64,000 bases of DNA from Leptogorgia sarmentosa. Lineage: Eukaryota. The notes beneath the pieces were generated by a model. That model was given only the letters and a program-made list of their open reading frames with translations, was not told the origin of the DNA and made no database searches. Shown piece by piece: positions 50,240 through 63,834 of the stretch. The DNA is taken from contig OZ210885.1 of the NCBI GenBank assembly GCA_964658305.1, forward strand, positions 4,836,001-4,900,000, written 5' to 3'. Each line of letters begins with the position of its first letter. Within the stretch, counting starts at the first letter, position 1. Both the position numbers and the translations under genes were made by a program.

Positions 50240-52482
50240 GTGCTAATGAATTCGATGTTGCACTGTATAGGAATAAAGTGAAAGGTATGGATACACCTGG
50301 AATTTGCACCCTAGTTAAAATAACGTTTATAAACCCACTAAAGAATATTGCTTTCCTAAACGCAATGGTAGATCTTTTAGGTATGAGTGGATGAACATGT
50401 ATCCCTGGCTTTGTCACTCACCCTCCAAAGATGGTGCATACTGTTTATCATGTGTACTATTTGGTGATCGTTTTCCTGACAAAGCTGGAAGAATATCTAG
50501 ACTTTTTTCTGAACCCCTTCGCTATTGGAATGATGCTGCTTCCACATTGAAACGTCATGTTGCAGCAAAAGGGATGGGGTTGCATTCGTATACATTTCCT
50601 ATTTTAACTTCTTTACTTTCCCAAATATCAGGTGCAGCCCAGTCAATTGATGTTATTATAGATGGTAACCTCAAGAAAGAAATTGAAGAGAATAGAAGGA
50701 TATTAAACCCTATTGTAGACTCTGTTATTTTTTGTGGTCGCCTTGGTTTGCCACTTCGTGGACATCGTGATGATGCTAAGTATCATCCGGAAGTTGGTAA
50801 CTATTCTACTGGGGGTGTTGGTAATTTTGTTGAGTCTCATAATTTCAGAGTGAGGGCTGGTGATAAAGTTTTGGAAAACCATTTGAAAACCTGTGGTAAA
50901 AACAGAACCTACATCTCCAAGACCAGCCAAAACAAGATCATTAATAACTGTGGAGAGGTGATTTGAGACCAACTTATTCATGATGTTAAAGAAAGTAAAT
51001 TTTTTTGTATTATTGCAGATGAGGCATCTGATTCTTCCCACAAAGAGCAATTATCACTTGTGTTACGATTTGTAGATTGTGATATGAATATTAGGGAAGA
51101 ATTTATTTCATTTCTTCATTGCAAGTGGGGTTTGAGTGGTGAGCAACTTGCAAAATTAATTTTAGAATCTTTGACTGCTTTAACTTTGTCCATTGATGAT
51201 TGTAGAGGGCAAGGCTATGATGGAGCTGGTGCTGTTGCTGGGCACATCAATGGTTTGTCAGCACAAATACTGAGGAGTAATCCTAAGGCTCTTTATACTC
51301 ATTGCTACAGTCACAGACTTAATTTGACCATTTGTGACTCTCTGAACATTCTTGAAGTAAATAATATGCTTAAACATGTTAAAGATGCTTCTAATTTTAT
51401 TAATATTTCTCAGACTCGCAACATTCCATTTGAGCAACACATTAAATTTAGATTTTGAACCGAGCTCAAAGAAGACCAGATTGGCAGATGTGTGCAGAAC
51501 TAGATGGGTGGAACGTGTTGAGGGTCTTGACGTTTTCCAAGAGCTTTTTGTGCCTTTATACCATACCCTTGATGATATGGCTACAAACTTAGAAGGCAAG
51601 TTTAAACCTTCCCTTTCTTCTGATGCCTCATCTTTATTAACACTTGTTTCAAGATTTGATTTTGTTGTTGCATTAGTTATTACTAGAAACATTCTTGACT
51701 TGACTTTTCCAGTGACACAGCTATTGCAGGGTAAAACTATAGATGTAATGGATAGTATTCATTTAATCGAGACTTTGAAAAATGATGTCACAAAGTTGAG
51801 GAATTCGGTTGACTCCTTCCACGAAACATGGTATGAAGAAGCTCTGGAGTTGGCTCAGCAAGTTGATGATGAGGAGTGGAAGCCAAGGACGGTGGGAAGA
51901 CAAACTACCAGGGCTAATGTGCCATCTGATTCCATCTCCGACTACTATAAATTTATTATTACTATTCCCTTAATTGACCATCTTAAATCTCCTTTGGAAG
52001 CCAGATTTGATCTTAACAGTGTGAATGTCTACAAGGGTCTTTGCATTGTTCCAATAAAGATGCTGTCGTTAACAAGAAAAGGAATAGATTGGAAAAATCA
52101 ATTTGAGACAGTTGCCGATTTTTATATTGACGATTTGCCAAACCCTCTTGCATTAAATACCAAGTTGATGTCATGGAGTACCTACTGGGAGACCCACGAA
52201 GGTCCCCATCCTGATAACATTGCCAGTACTTTGAAATCTGTCAGTTTTGCTGGTTTTGAAAATATTAAAGTTATTTTGCGTATTTTAGGAACTCTTCCCA
52301 TTACTTCGTGCAAGTATGAACATTCTATTTCTGCTTTAAGGACACTGAAAAATTATCAGAGAAGTACAATGGTTGAGGATCGTCTCAATGGTTGATGAAA
52401 ATTCACCAGGAAATTGTGCCAGCTGTTGAGAAAGTAGTAGACAAATTCGCTATTGGGAACACAAGATTAAAGTTTTCTTGAT
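50240..52482 (+). pseudogene. hAT transposase (THAP12/PRKRIR-ZMYM-like: TTF-type zinc finger, DUF4371, hATC), frameshifted
   Basis: YPWL..S..DGAYCLSCVLF, LPLRGHRDD, GNF, SKTSQN, IIADEASD, CRGQGYDGA, THCYSHRLNL, CRTRWVER, LPITSC..E..RSTM.EDRLNG. Confidence 0.9.
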
Positions 52483-52871
52483 TTTATTATGATTTTTGAT
52501 TTTCCATAGCCTTCACTTCAAACATGATCATTACCGCCAATAAATTTGTTTTCAAAATGCCGACGTTTCTTTAAGAGGGGCGAACCATTTTTTGTCCTTG
52601 TTCAATGAAAAAACCTGTTTTTTTCAGGAAAATGAAAATATTACAAAATACTGCAAGAAAAAACTAAAGCCCAGCTATTCTTTGAATTTGGATAATATGG
52701 TGTATTTCAGATGTAATTAGTTAAAAAATTCCGCATTATCGCGATCAAAAATTAACTATTGCCGACCCGGTTTTCCGGCTATATAATAAAAACAAAATTA
52801 CACGGCTGTTAGAAGATATGAATTTTATCTTCTCGTGGTAATTTTATCTTCTTGAGTTAAAAATTAAGACA

Positions 52872-53238
52872 TAAGTAGGGGTATTTCTAGACTTGTCGAA
52901 AGCGTTTGACACACTAAATCACGATATACTTTTCTCTAAGCTTGAAAATTATGGCATACACGGAGTCGCGCTAAATTGGATCAAAAGTTATTTTTACAAC
53001 CGTAAACAATCTGTTCAGTACAACAATGTTACTTCTAGTCAGTTAATTACCCAATGTGGTGTGCCCCAAGGTTCAATTTTAGGCCCTCTCCTTTTTATTT
53101 TATACATAAATGACCTCCCGAATGCCCCCCGTATAGTTGATCCTTTGCTATTTGCGGATGATACTAGCATTTGTTACTCTGATTCTGACCCTGTGGGGTC
53201 AAAGCATCGGTTCTTGGATGAGAGCAAATAAACTCTCT
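52872..53238 (+). pseudogene. Host LINE piece 3 (RT core)
   Basis: VGVFLDLSKAFDTL, GVPQGSILGPLLFILYINDL, FADDT, WMRANKLS, which continues VNIDKT at 62915. Confidence 0.92.
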
Positions 53239-53473
53239 AGCCCCGTTTACACTACATTCATTTTTGGAACGGCACGCTTAAATTTTGGCACGCGTACCCA
53301 TTCCGAAAAAAAATCGACATCGTTTACACTACAAATTTTGGCGGACCAATCAAGGCTCTGAGGCAGTAAATGGCACGCCTGATCATGAATATGGCCCGCC
53401 TAACAATTGCGCCCTTGGAGCAGAATTCAGCGGTTATTGTCATGAAAATAAATTTTCGCAGGTTTTTTTAAAC

Positions 53474-54715
53474 ATGGAGGATCGATGGAACGAAAGAAAA
53501 AACTTACTTCTCTGGTACTTTCACGCAAGAAAACGACGGGATTCGCAGCTCACAAAATTCAAAAATGGACCCTTACAAGGAACGACGGCTTTTCATAAGA
53601 TAAAACGAAAATGGACAAGACAAGTCATTGAAACTGCAATTGCGATATTTCATTGGCAAAGAACTCGAACATTGTGGACGCATCCCGAATCCCAGGTGTG
53701 GTTTGAAATGGTGGACGATGTATACAACGACGAGTTGTGGTATGCTAACTTCAGAGTGACAAAGGAGACATTCACATTCATACTTGGCAAAATTGAGCAG
53801 GACATACATCATAAAAATACACATTTACATGAAGCAGTTTCAGCAAAGCGACGACTAGCTATCACACTGTACTTTCTAGCATCTACTGCTGAATATCGTA
53901 CGGTTGGAAACTTATTTGGAGTGTCAAGGTCATTTGTATGTAAATGCATTCAGGAAGTATGTTGTGCAATAGCGAAGAAGCTTCGAAATGCCATCAGTTT
54001 TCCCAAGGGAGATGATCTTCTACAAGTCACCCAAGGCTATGAAGATGCATGGGGCTTCCCAATGTGCGTTGGGGCTATAGACGGAACTCATATAGTGATT
54101 GTGGCACCCAGTGAAAATCACACTGATTACGTTAATCGAAAGGGGTTCCATAGCATTCTTATGCAAGCACTGGTAGATTGCAATTATTTGTTCAGGCATG
54201 TGGTCATCGGATGGCCAGGAAGCGTCCATGACGCCAGAATGTTCTCTAACGCTACCATTTTTGTGAAAGGGAACGAAAACTGTCTTTTCCCAGATGATTT
54301 AACTAAAGAAATATGTGGAGAAGATGTACGACCAGTAATTGTTGCTGATGCAGCCTATCCCCTTTTACCATGGGTGCTAAAAGGGTATCCTAGGAATGCG
54401 GCAACAAGAAGTCAACGACTATTCAACTATCGTCTTAGCCGTGTGCAAATGACCGTAGAAAACACCTTTGGTAGGTGTAAAGGGAGATACATCAGATTCT
54501 CTAAGCGGGTAGACATGGACGTAACTGTCCTGGTGCAAGTTACACTTGCCTCGTGTATCCTACATAACATATGCAAAGCTCATAAAAATGAATTTCTGCC
54601 CAAATGGGATCAACCTGAAATAATTGTGGAGGAACCAGCAATGCAAATTGAGGATACTCTCGAACCTGATGGTGAACTCATTCGCAGCGCGTTGACCGAG
54701 TATTTTAGCAGTTGA
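53474..54715 (+). CDS. Harbinger (HARBI1-like) DDE transposase, uninterrupted
   Basis: NFRVTKETF, LAITLYFLAS..YRTVGNLFGVS, GAIDGTHI, NRKG, GWPGSVHDAR, ADAAYPL, FNYRLS..VENTFG, LHNIC. Confidence 0.92.
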   Translation: MEDRWNERKNLLLWYFHARKRRDSQLTKFKNGPLQGTTAFHKIKRKWTRQVIETAIAIFHWQRTRTLWTHPESQVWFEMVDDVYNDELWYANFRVTKETFTFILGKIEQDIHHKNTHLHEAVSAKRRLAITLYFLASTAEYRTVGNLFGVSRSFVCKCIQEVCCAIAKKLRNAISFPKGDDLLQVTQGYEDAWGFPMCVGAIDGTHIVIVAPSENHTDYVNRKGFHSILMQALVDCNYLFRHVVIGWPGSVHDARMFSNATIFVKGNENCLFPDDLTKEICGEDVRPVIVADAAYPLLPWVLKGYPRNAATRSQRLFNYRLSRVQMTVENTFGRCKGRYIRFSKRVDMDVTVLVQVTLASCILHNICKAHKNEFLPKWDQPEIIVEEPAMQIEDTLEPDGELIRSALTEYFSS

Positions 54716-54961
54716 CTGTACAGTGTGTAGTATACCATGCAAATGCATGCTATATTATTTTATTATAAACAATTATAAACAACTATAAAAAACGATTACA
54801 AGGGTAACACAACCTATGAATAAGTTTTAAGACAGATAGGTTTTCCTTCTATGCTTTGTTCCTATTGTTCCCTTTGTTCAATATGAATGTTTGATCAAAA
54901 TGTCAAATCCTTGAAAAATTATCAACGAACTTACGAACACGAGTAACACAGCTGAACATTT

Positions 54962-57900
54962 TTATAGTTGAAAGTAAGTTGCCATATCATCACTTGAATT
55001 TGTGGAATAGTTTACAGTGCCACAGTCACTGACACTTTGAGAACTTGCAGATGAAGGAGACAGAAAGCCTGAAACAGGCAAACTGAATGGGCTACAACTA
55101 GGAAGCGGGACAGTTGGTGGAGCTTTGGGCACCATCAGTAGGTGTAACACATTAAGTTCATGTTCCCTTTCTTCTTTTCTCATCTCTTTTTCCATATTTA
55201 GTTGCTTTATTCTAAAATCATGCTCTTTTGCAATCTTTTGCTCTTCCAGTTTTTGATACCTAAAAAGAAATTTACACGATATGGGTCCTTCCCATAGTGT
55301 TTATATTAGTTTGCTTGTAGCTTCTCCATCCACAAACAAACTACCTGCAGTTAGTTAAGTAATGTAGGAACATTGATGACCAGTGTGCCCATACTTGTTT
55401 TTTATTGTCTAATACCAGACAAATCACTGATTCAGTGGGGAGGTTCTGAAGCTCAATGGGTTTTAGAATGTCAGTTCAAATTGGTTTTTCCGCAAGACTT
55501 TTAGATGTTGACCAACAAATTTGTGACTTATGTATTAATAATTTTACACAATTTTCCCCTTTGGAACATTTGGGCTGATATGGTTACTCCACCCAGATGG
55601 CCATGTTTAATTCAGCTGTCCATTACCGTTCAAAGTCAGCATCTGCTCTTTGCTTCATTTTATCAAACACAATATCAAGGCTTTTTTCCATACTACTTTT
55701 TCTCTTTTTTATTCCTGGGAGTTTGCCTTTGGTGGAAACAGTATCATCTTTTGGTTTGCTTATCTCACCAACATCTTCATGTTTTTCTGCTCCTTTGGTA
55801 GTATCTACAAGATTAGTGCTCTCTTTACCAAATTCACCTATAAGTTAACATTCTCAGTATGTGAAATTGTTGAAACAACTTGTTTTGTATGTCTGATGCA
55901 ATAAAAGTAGAGTGTTGAATTACATAAAGATAGAAATACCATAAACTGCAAAAACCATAAACAGCAAAACCCATATATATGTTAAACTGTATGTTTGTTA
56001 TACAACAATTACAGAATAAGGTTGAGCGTGAAATGAAGAAATGTTCACTAATAATTTGCAAATCCTTGCTTAGTTCATTCATTCTGACTTGCACTTCTGC
56101 CCTGTATTAAAAAATCAAAACTAGTTGCCTAACCAGTTAAGTCCAAGATGGCGGCTGAACACGTGCTCCGTAAGACTGAAGACTTATGCTGAATATTTTA
56201 TTGATTTTTTGGTAGAGAAGTGCTAGACAAGCAACAAATCGTTTTTCTAAATCTTTAATACACGCGTAGATCACATCTTATAAATCAAAGCGAGCAAAAA
56301 ATACGATTTATCTCAAAATTTCCAATCGACCCGAGGAAGCCAAACAACAACAACATGGACGCCACAACGTTTCAACGCACCAGATATGAAATAAAAAGCT
56401 TCTCGAGCAAGAATTACAAAAGAGTACCACACGAAGATCTCGATTATGGAATCTACAAAAATCCAAATCTTGTAGCATTCCAAACAACCGAATTAAGACT
56501 CCCTCTGTGGGTTGAAGCCGTCTTCAACCGATACATTCAAAACGAAGCCTACAACGATGAAAACAACGAAATCAGGACGAAACTAAGAGAACAAGACGAC
56601 CCCTGCAACGATTCGAAATGTGAAGAACTCTCAGTCGAAATCATCCATAAATGATTAAATTAATAAATCCACCTACCTCAAATACCACATCAACCTCAGA
56701 AACCACCACCACAACTCCAGAAGAGCCCACAACCACACAACCACCCAAGACAATCAACACTGAGACCATAATCCTATGTGACAGCAACGGACGATACCTG
56801 AAACCATCCTTGCTGTGCCCAAATTCAACCACCAAATACATACGATGTCCCACCCTATCGCACGGCATCGACATCTTAAAGGAAACACAATTCCCTGAAG
56901 CAAAAACCTTCATAGTTCATTGTGGCACCAATGACATCGAAGAATTAAACGCCAGCGAAACCTTACAAAAACTAAAAACACTAGAAAGTCAGCTGCACAA
57001 GAAACACCCACAGGCCCGTGTGATCCTATCACTACTTTTACCATGAGCAGATACCCTAAACAAAACAGTAATCTCCCTTAATAAAGAAATCAAGAAAGAA
57101 TTTGAGGACACTCCCCACACAGATACTGTAAACCACCCAAACATAACACAGGAAGACCTAAAAGACAGAAAACACCTAACACCAAAAGGAGTAAAGTGCC
57201 TTGCGAAAAATCTCAAAGCCTCCTTCTTTGGCACCACCCCAAAACGAGCCGGCAAACCACAAATGAAGAGACCCCCCTTCGCTGCACAGACCGACTTCCG
57301 AAACTACCCCCACCCACGACCATACCAACACTTCCATCACCAACACTCACATAACCCCCAAAACCAACTACCATCACCTACCACCCGTCATTACCCCCTC
57401 CCTCCAATAATACCCCACCTACCACAACCAACCCTACAGACGCCCCACCCCACCTGGACCAACAACAAGAAGACAGTACCACCGCAGATGATACAACTGA
57501 TTGAAGAACTCAACAGGTACATCAAACAAGCAAGATGAAAACTGTAAGTGTACTTCAATAACTTACATTTTATTCCCAACATCCATTTATATACATATAC
57601 CTATAATCATTAGATACCAGTAACCAACTAAAAAATTAGAAATTTAACTATATCCAAAAACTAGGAAAACAATTTAAACTCACTTGTCTTTCATTATCTC
57701 TACCATCAAATGTCAAACAAAATGTTTTCAGAAATTAGTTTTAGCACATGGAATATTAATGGGCTAACCAACAAAATCCTTGGTGATAAAACAAAAAACA
57801 AGGATTTTGTTAAAGCCATTTCAAATATTGACTTCATGTTTCTTACTGAAACATGGAGTAACCAAGATATAAACATACCTGGATTTGAGACTATTAACTC

Positions 57901-60900
57901 CCACTTAGCAAAACCCAAATCCAAAAATGCATGCCGACAATCAGGTGGCATCAGCCTGATATTCAAAAGCAAATTCAAAAACTTTGTTTCCATTGTAAAA
58001 AACACTACAAATTTTATTTGGAGCAAAATCTCCAAAGAAATATTGAGCAATGATACAGACTTATATGTCTGTGGCACATACATACCCCCTGAAAAATCAA
58101 AATACTTTGACCCAGAAATATTTGAAGAATTTGAAAATGATATAATTCACTTCTCCTCAAAAGGAAATATCATAACCCTAGGTGATCTTAATGCCAGAAC
58201 CAGTAAGCAAGATGATTTTGTTTCAAATGAAGGGAATGAATACATCCCTGACACCAGTGAAAACTCCCTTTATCCAAGAGACAGACAAAATTTTGACAAC
58301 TCAATCAATAATCATGGCAAAAAACTGATAGAAATTTGCAAAACCTGTGACCTGAGAATACTAAACAGTCGAACCCTTGGTGACTCATTAGGTCAACCAA
58401 CATTTCATGGAAAGAACGGTATAAGTACAATTGATTATATAATCTGCAACCAAAACCTTCTACACGACACCAAACATCTCATTGTCAACCCCCCCAACTA
58501 TCTTTCCGACCACAGTCAAGTTGTTGCCTGGTTTGACCTAAAAGCAGTCAACAACCCTGATGCAAATATAGATATCACATACACTGAACAACCCAAACTA
58601 GAACAACTACCAACACAATATACATGGAATGAAGACTCCAGAGCAGCCTTCACTCAAGAACTCAAATCCAACAAATTCCAAAACAAACTCAATAATTTCT
58701 TAAATAATGATTTCTCAGATGAGAAAGAGGGACTAAACCAATGTATAAATGAATTTCAAAACATAATTCATGAAGTATCCAAAAATTTTCTGAAAATAAG
58801 AAAAACGAAACGCCGATCACCAATTAGTAATGTTGCAAACAAAAAATGGTTTGACAAAGACTGCAGACTGAAAAGACACCACCTAAGAAAACTAGCCAAC
58901 CAAAAGCATAAAGACCCAACTAATACCGAAATTAGAAACGAATATCACACTGCTCTAAAAGACTACAAAAATACGCTAAAAATAAAGAAAAACAAATTCC
59001 ATCAAGATAAAGTAGAACAGCTAGAAAATGCTACAAATGATCCTATACTATTCTGGAAAATTCTAAAAAATAGCACAGACGAAATCAATCCTAATGATAG
59101 GTCCAAAACACCATCACAGAGTCAATGGCTAAACCACTTTCAAACACTTCATTCGGAACATACTATTACCAAAAAACAAGAGGAAACTCTGAGACTCCTA
59201 AAAGAATCTGAAAAATTCAAAGACAAATTTAATGATTTAGACAAAACAATTACTAAAGAAGAATTACTCACAGCAACTAGAAAACTAAAATCAAAGAAAG
59301 CAGTTTACTGTGACAAAATCAGAAATGAAATGATAAAACTTAGCGCCGATATAGCTCCACAATGCTACCTAAAACTATTTAATAAAATCTTGAATTCTGG
59401 AAGATTTCCTGACGTGTGGACGGAAGGCCTCATAACCCCGATCCACAAGTCAGGGAACCTACTGGATCCCAACAACTACCGAGGCATATGCGTCTCTAGC
59501 TGCATGGGAAAACTTTTTTGCTCCATCCTAAACACGAGACTGATGGATTTTGTAAATGAGAAAAAACTTATCCACCAATCCCAGATTGGCTTCATTCCTG
59601 GAAACCGAACTGCGGATCATTCACTCACACTGAAAACTCTACACGACAAATTTATAAATCAAAACCAAAACAAAAAAATCTACGCATGCTTCGTTGACTT
59701 TAAAAAAGCCTTTGACTCGGTATGGCACCAAGGCCTTTTTTACAAACTAATAGAGAACAAAATAGGAGGACATTTCTACGATCTTATCAAAGACATGTAC
59801 TCCAATACTAAATGTGCGATAAAACTCTCAGAAGGCCGAACCCCCTTCTTCCCATATAAAAAAGGTGTTCGCCAAGGATGCACCTTAAGCCCATTACTAT
59901 TTAATATCTACATCAATGAAATACCGAAACTTTTCGAACAAACCGAGTCAGACCCTTTCATGCTACCAAACGGAATAGTTTACTGTACGCAGATGACCTG
60001 GTAATACTCTCTCGATCAAAATCAGGCCTTCAAAATTGCCTTGACCAGCTACACGAATGGTGTGAAAACTGGTTATTGCAAAGAAATACCAAAAAAACAA
60101 AGATTATGATTTTTCAAAAACATAACTCCAACAAACCAACGAAGATTCAATTTAACATTGGTTGCAAAATAATAGATGCAACCAAGGAATACAATTATCT
60201 GGGCCTAAAAATATCCCAAAACGGAAAATTCAAACTAGCTCAGCAACAACTGGGTGAAAAAGCCCTTCATGCTCTCTATAAAATCCGTAAAAACATCGAC
60301 TTCCACAAACTATCGCCAAAACTTGCATTGAAAATTTTTGACTCCATCATATCTCCCATATTACTGTACAATTCGGAAATTTGGGGTGCTTATGAAAAAA
60401 ACGACTACAATAAATGGGAAAATTCAGAAATTGAAAAAGTTCATCTAAGATTCTGCAAGCTGTACTTGGGCGTAAACAGAAAAGCGACAAATATAGCTTG
60501 CAGAGGAGAACTTGGTAAATTCCCTCTTCTCATAACAATCATGAAAAACATAATTAATTATCTCAAACACATTCACCAACTACCCGACGACTCAATCGCG
60601 AAACAAAGTCTAAACATATCCAAAGATCTTTATGCGAGCCATAAAGAATCATATTACTCAAAAACACTCAACTTACTAAAACCCTACTACCCAAACGAAG
60701 CAAATATCAAAGTAGCTATCTTGAACTATGACACCGCGACAGTCGTAAATAAAATGAAAGAAAAATACATCGAATTCTGGAAACATAAATTAACGAACTC
60801 ATCCAAACTGACTTTCCTATCCTCATTCAAAACAGAATACAAAGTTGAACCATACCTGTCTCTCATTAACAACCCAAAAACAAGAAGATCCCTCACGCAA

Positions 60901-62674
60901 TTTCGAATAAGTAACCACAAACTACAAATCGAATACGGTAGATACCAAAATATCCCTCGAGAAGAACGTACCTGTAAACTGTGCGACTCTAGCGAAATAG
61001 AAGATGAATTTCACTTCAGCTTCGCATGTCAAAAATACACCCACCTTCGAGACAATTCAGATCCGATTTTGAAAACAATATTCGATCTGAATATAACAAA
61101 TGAAAGTAAACAAAAATTATTGAAACACACAATGATTTCCAACGATCCGGTAATTATTAACCTTTTCTCTGAATTTATCACCGCATGTTTTGCTAACAGA
61201 GAAAATAGTCTCAGATCCACGGAACAAAACACAGTAGGATAAATGGTCTAACTATAGCCACAGCTAAGGCTAGCCTATTTATCCTATAGAAACTAATATA
61301 TAGACTAACGATTAATTAGTACTTATAATAACTATTAGACTTATATATTACTATTATTCATGTTATGTTAGGTCACTTTGACCATTATTGTAGAGACTCA
61401 TGGTCATTCCCGACCACTACTATAGATACTTAAGGTCATTTCCGACCATTTTCAAAGATATACATTATTACTATCAACCTTATACATAGTTTCATAGATT
61501 TTAAATTAAGTAAACGCTGCAATACCTGTAAATAGGTCATGCGAAATAAAGCTTATTATTATAACTTTATAACCAGAGTATGATGCCTCACTGCTGCTTT
61601 CAAGTGGATCACAATTTGGGCAGAAAAATTCATCTTCATTAGACAAGACTGCAACACTTCCTCCACCAGACACATGGACACCTTCTGACCTGATATCCTG
61701 CTCGTACTCACAAGCATTGCATTGGCGAATAAAGGTCTGACCTTCCCCATATTTTGCAATTAGATCATCAACTGGAATTAAATTAGAAAAAAATAGCTAC
61801 TCTAAAAAAAGTGCACAAGTAAGTTAATCACTCAAATACTTTAACCTTAAAATAACCATTATTCGAATAAGTAAAGGATTTTACAAATTTAAGTTTAATT
61901 TTAGTTTCCTAATACTTTTGTTATAAGGTATACCATGTACACGCAAATGACATTAAAGAACTATATAAGCATTCTACATTGTCTGACAGCACAAATGTAC
62001 AAATATATAGTACAATAACCATATATAACGCAGCGTCATCAGACATACTACTTATAAATATTCAATTTACTTTTAAATTAATAATAAAATTTATTATTAA
62101 TTTGGTTGATTGGTTCTATATGTGCGATTATGTGAAACACACTGCTTCAAACTTTACGTCTTTCCCATACCTGAGAGAGAACTATCGTCCTCTGCAACTT
62201 GGTGTTTACTTTCTGCCATTGTATCAACAAGGCATGGGGGCGTCACATTGTGCTTTGTCATTAGGAATGCATCAATATCATCAAAAAATTTCCGTTTTTT
62301 CCCTGTACTGTTTCCTGTTCGTTGCGTTTTATCTTTTTCTTGTTTATACTTGTATCGTAGCTTCTTAATTTTATTTATAACCTCTTTCAGTGTGAAGCCT
62401 TCGTATCCTTTCTTTTCAAGCTTATGCTACATTAAAAGTGATTTTAATATAAATCAAAATAATTTATACAAATACAATACCCTAATATAATTATGGCATT
62501 GTCAAGCACAAACATCTTGTCACTTACCAGGAGTGTCTGATAAACCTTGCTAGTTTGTTTTGATGTTTTGCATGTGTCTAAAGAAATTTGGATGCTTTCT
62601 TCCAACCACAAATGAATTAATGTTCGAGTAGCCTCGTCAGACCACACCTTGCCTCTGTTTGTCTTCGCCACCAT
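54962..62674 (-). CDS. Harbinger Myb/SANT-trihelix DNA-binding partner gene, multi-exon, interrupted by RTEX copy C
   Basis: Exon 1 WSDEATRTLIHLW (donor near 62528); exon 2 KIKKLRYKYK..G..FFDDIDAFL; last exon REEREHELNVLHLL..YFQL*. Convergent on the transposase. Confidence 0.75.
56122..61562 (+). mobile_element. RTEX-like LINE copy C, near full length, (TTA)n tail
   Basis: 5' CAAGATGGCGG; ORF1 pieces 56355-57538 (internal deletion near 56650; SGNH motifs CDSNG, HCGTND, DRKH); ORF2; 3' stem-loop plus AATAAA. Confidence 0.9.
57710..61242 (+). pseudogene. RTEX-like ORF2 (endonuclease, RT, C-terminal CCHC), one small frameshifting deletion near 59975
   Basis: TWNING, LTETW, GDLNART, SDH, NYRGICV, FVDFKKAFDSV, GVRQGCTLSP, YADD (shifted frame), IEYGRY..CKLC..EDEFHF..C. 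Confidence 0.92.
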
Positions 62675-62914
62675 CTTATTTTTTCACAACAAACACGCAT
62701 GCGTAATTGTTTACAGGGCCGCGTGCCTTCTTCTAGGCGGTCCGAGACTACCTCCGTGCAACGTTCTCGGCCCGCCAAAAATGGTTGGCACGTGGACCTT
62801 TAATTTTGTGTTTACACTACGAAAAACTAAGAGTGCCGTTCCTTCAAAAATAGGTACGCGTGCCAAAATTTAGCGTGCCGTTCCAAAAATGAATGTAGTG
62901 TAAACGGGGCTTCT

Positions 62915-63834
62915 GTTAATATTGATAAAACAGACTGTTATTTTCCACTCCAGGCATAAGAAAGTTTCTTATGATATACATCTCTCTCTCGATGACAAAT
63001 GTATTACTCGTAAATCAAAGGTTAAGTTTCTGGGGGTTTTTGTGGATGAGATTCTCACCTGGAAACCTCATATTAGTCATGTCTGTAAAAAGATCTCTAG
63101 GTCTATCGGCATAATCTATCGAGCCTGTTTTTATTTGTTAGCTGGTACTAAATTGTCATTGTACTACACGTTAATCTACCCATACCTTACCTATTGTAAC
63201 ACTGCTTGGTCCTCCACCTATGTTTCCAACTTAAGGTGCATATTTCTATTACAGAAACGAATTGTCAGAGTACTGACCAATTCTAATCACCGGGCACATA
63301 CTGCTCCACTATTTAGTAAGTTAAAAATACTTAATATATATCAGCTTAATTCCTTTTATATTGGTAAATTCATGTTTTCTTACCACAATCAGTTATTACC
63401 ACCCTCTTTTCTCAATCTGTTTATTACCAACAATGAAATCCATGATTACAACACCAGAAATGCGAGTTCATATCGAGCTCATGCATGTAGAACAAATGTA
63501 AAGCAGTTTACTATCCTATTTCAAGGACCCAAATTGTGGAATTCTCTCCCAGAGTCCGTCAAATGTGCACAGACGATAAATTGCTTCAGGAATAGAATTT
63601 TGAGATACTTGCTAGATACCTAATTTACGTGTTTTTCTGATTTATATTTTCTGCTACTACTGCTCCAAGGAGATATCCTATTTACAAGCCCTATGGTTTC
63701 TGGATGCCTCCTTGCCACTGATATCTATTTTATCGAGTATACATACTGACTACTTAAAACTATATCATTATCGTAAAATAACTTGTATATATCTGATATC
63801 TGTGTGGTGAATTAAATTATTATTATTATTATTA
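62915..63834 (+). mobile_element. Host LINE piece 4 (ORF2 C-terminus, 3' UTR, (ATT)n tail)
   Basis: KFLGV, YPYLTYC..W, LQKR, HTAPLF, GPKLWNSLP; tail at 63816-63834. Confidence 0.92.

Larger units (their letters stand above)
48153..52770 (+). mobile_element. hAT DNA transposon, left TIR present and right TIR missing
   Basis: Begins CAGGGGCGGATCTAGGGG with GACTGA-type subterminal repeats; no matching ...CCGCCCCTG and no second GCTACTGG TSD before the LINE resumes. Confidence 0.8.
53239..62911. mobile_element. PIF/Harbinger DNA transposon with two convergent genes and TCT TSD
   Basis: TIR AGCCCCGTTTACACTACATTCATTTTTGGAACGGCACGCT.. at both ends; TCT at 53236-38 and 62912-14. Removal restores NKLSVNIDKT. 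Confidence 0.95.

Noticed and set aside
53285..53473. N-terminal extension of the Harbinger transposase in the ORF track
   Set aside because: It starts at a non-ATG codon inside the TIR; the first ATG in good context is 53474.
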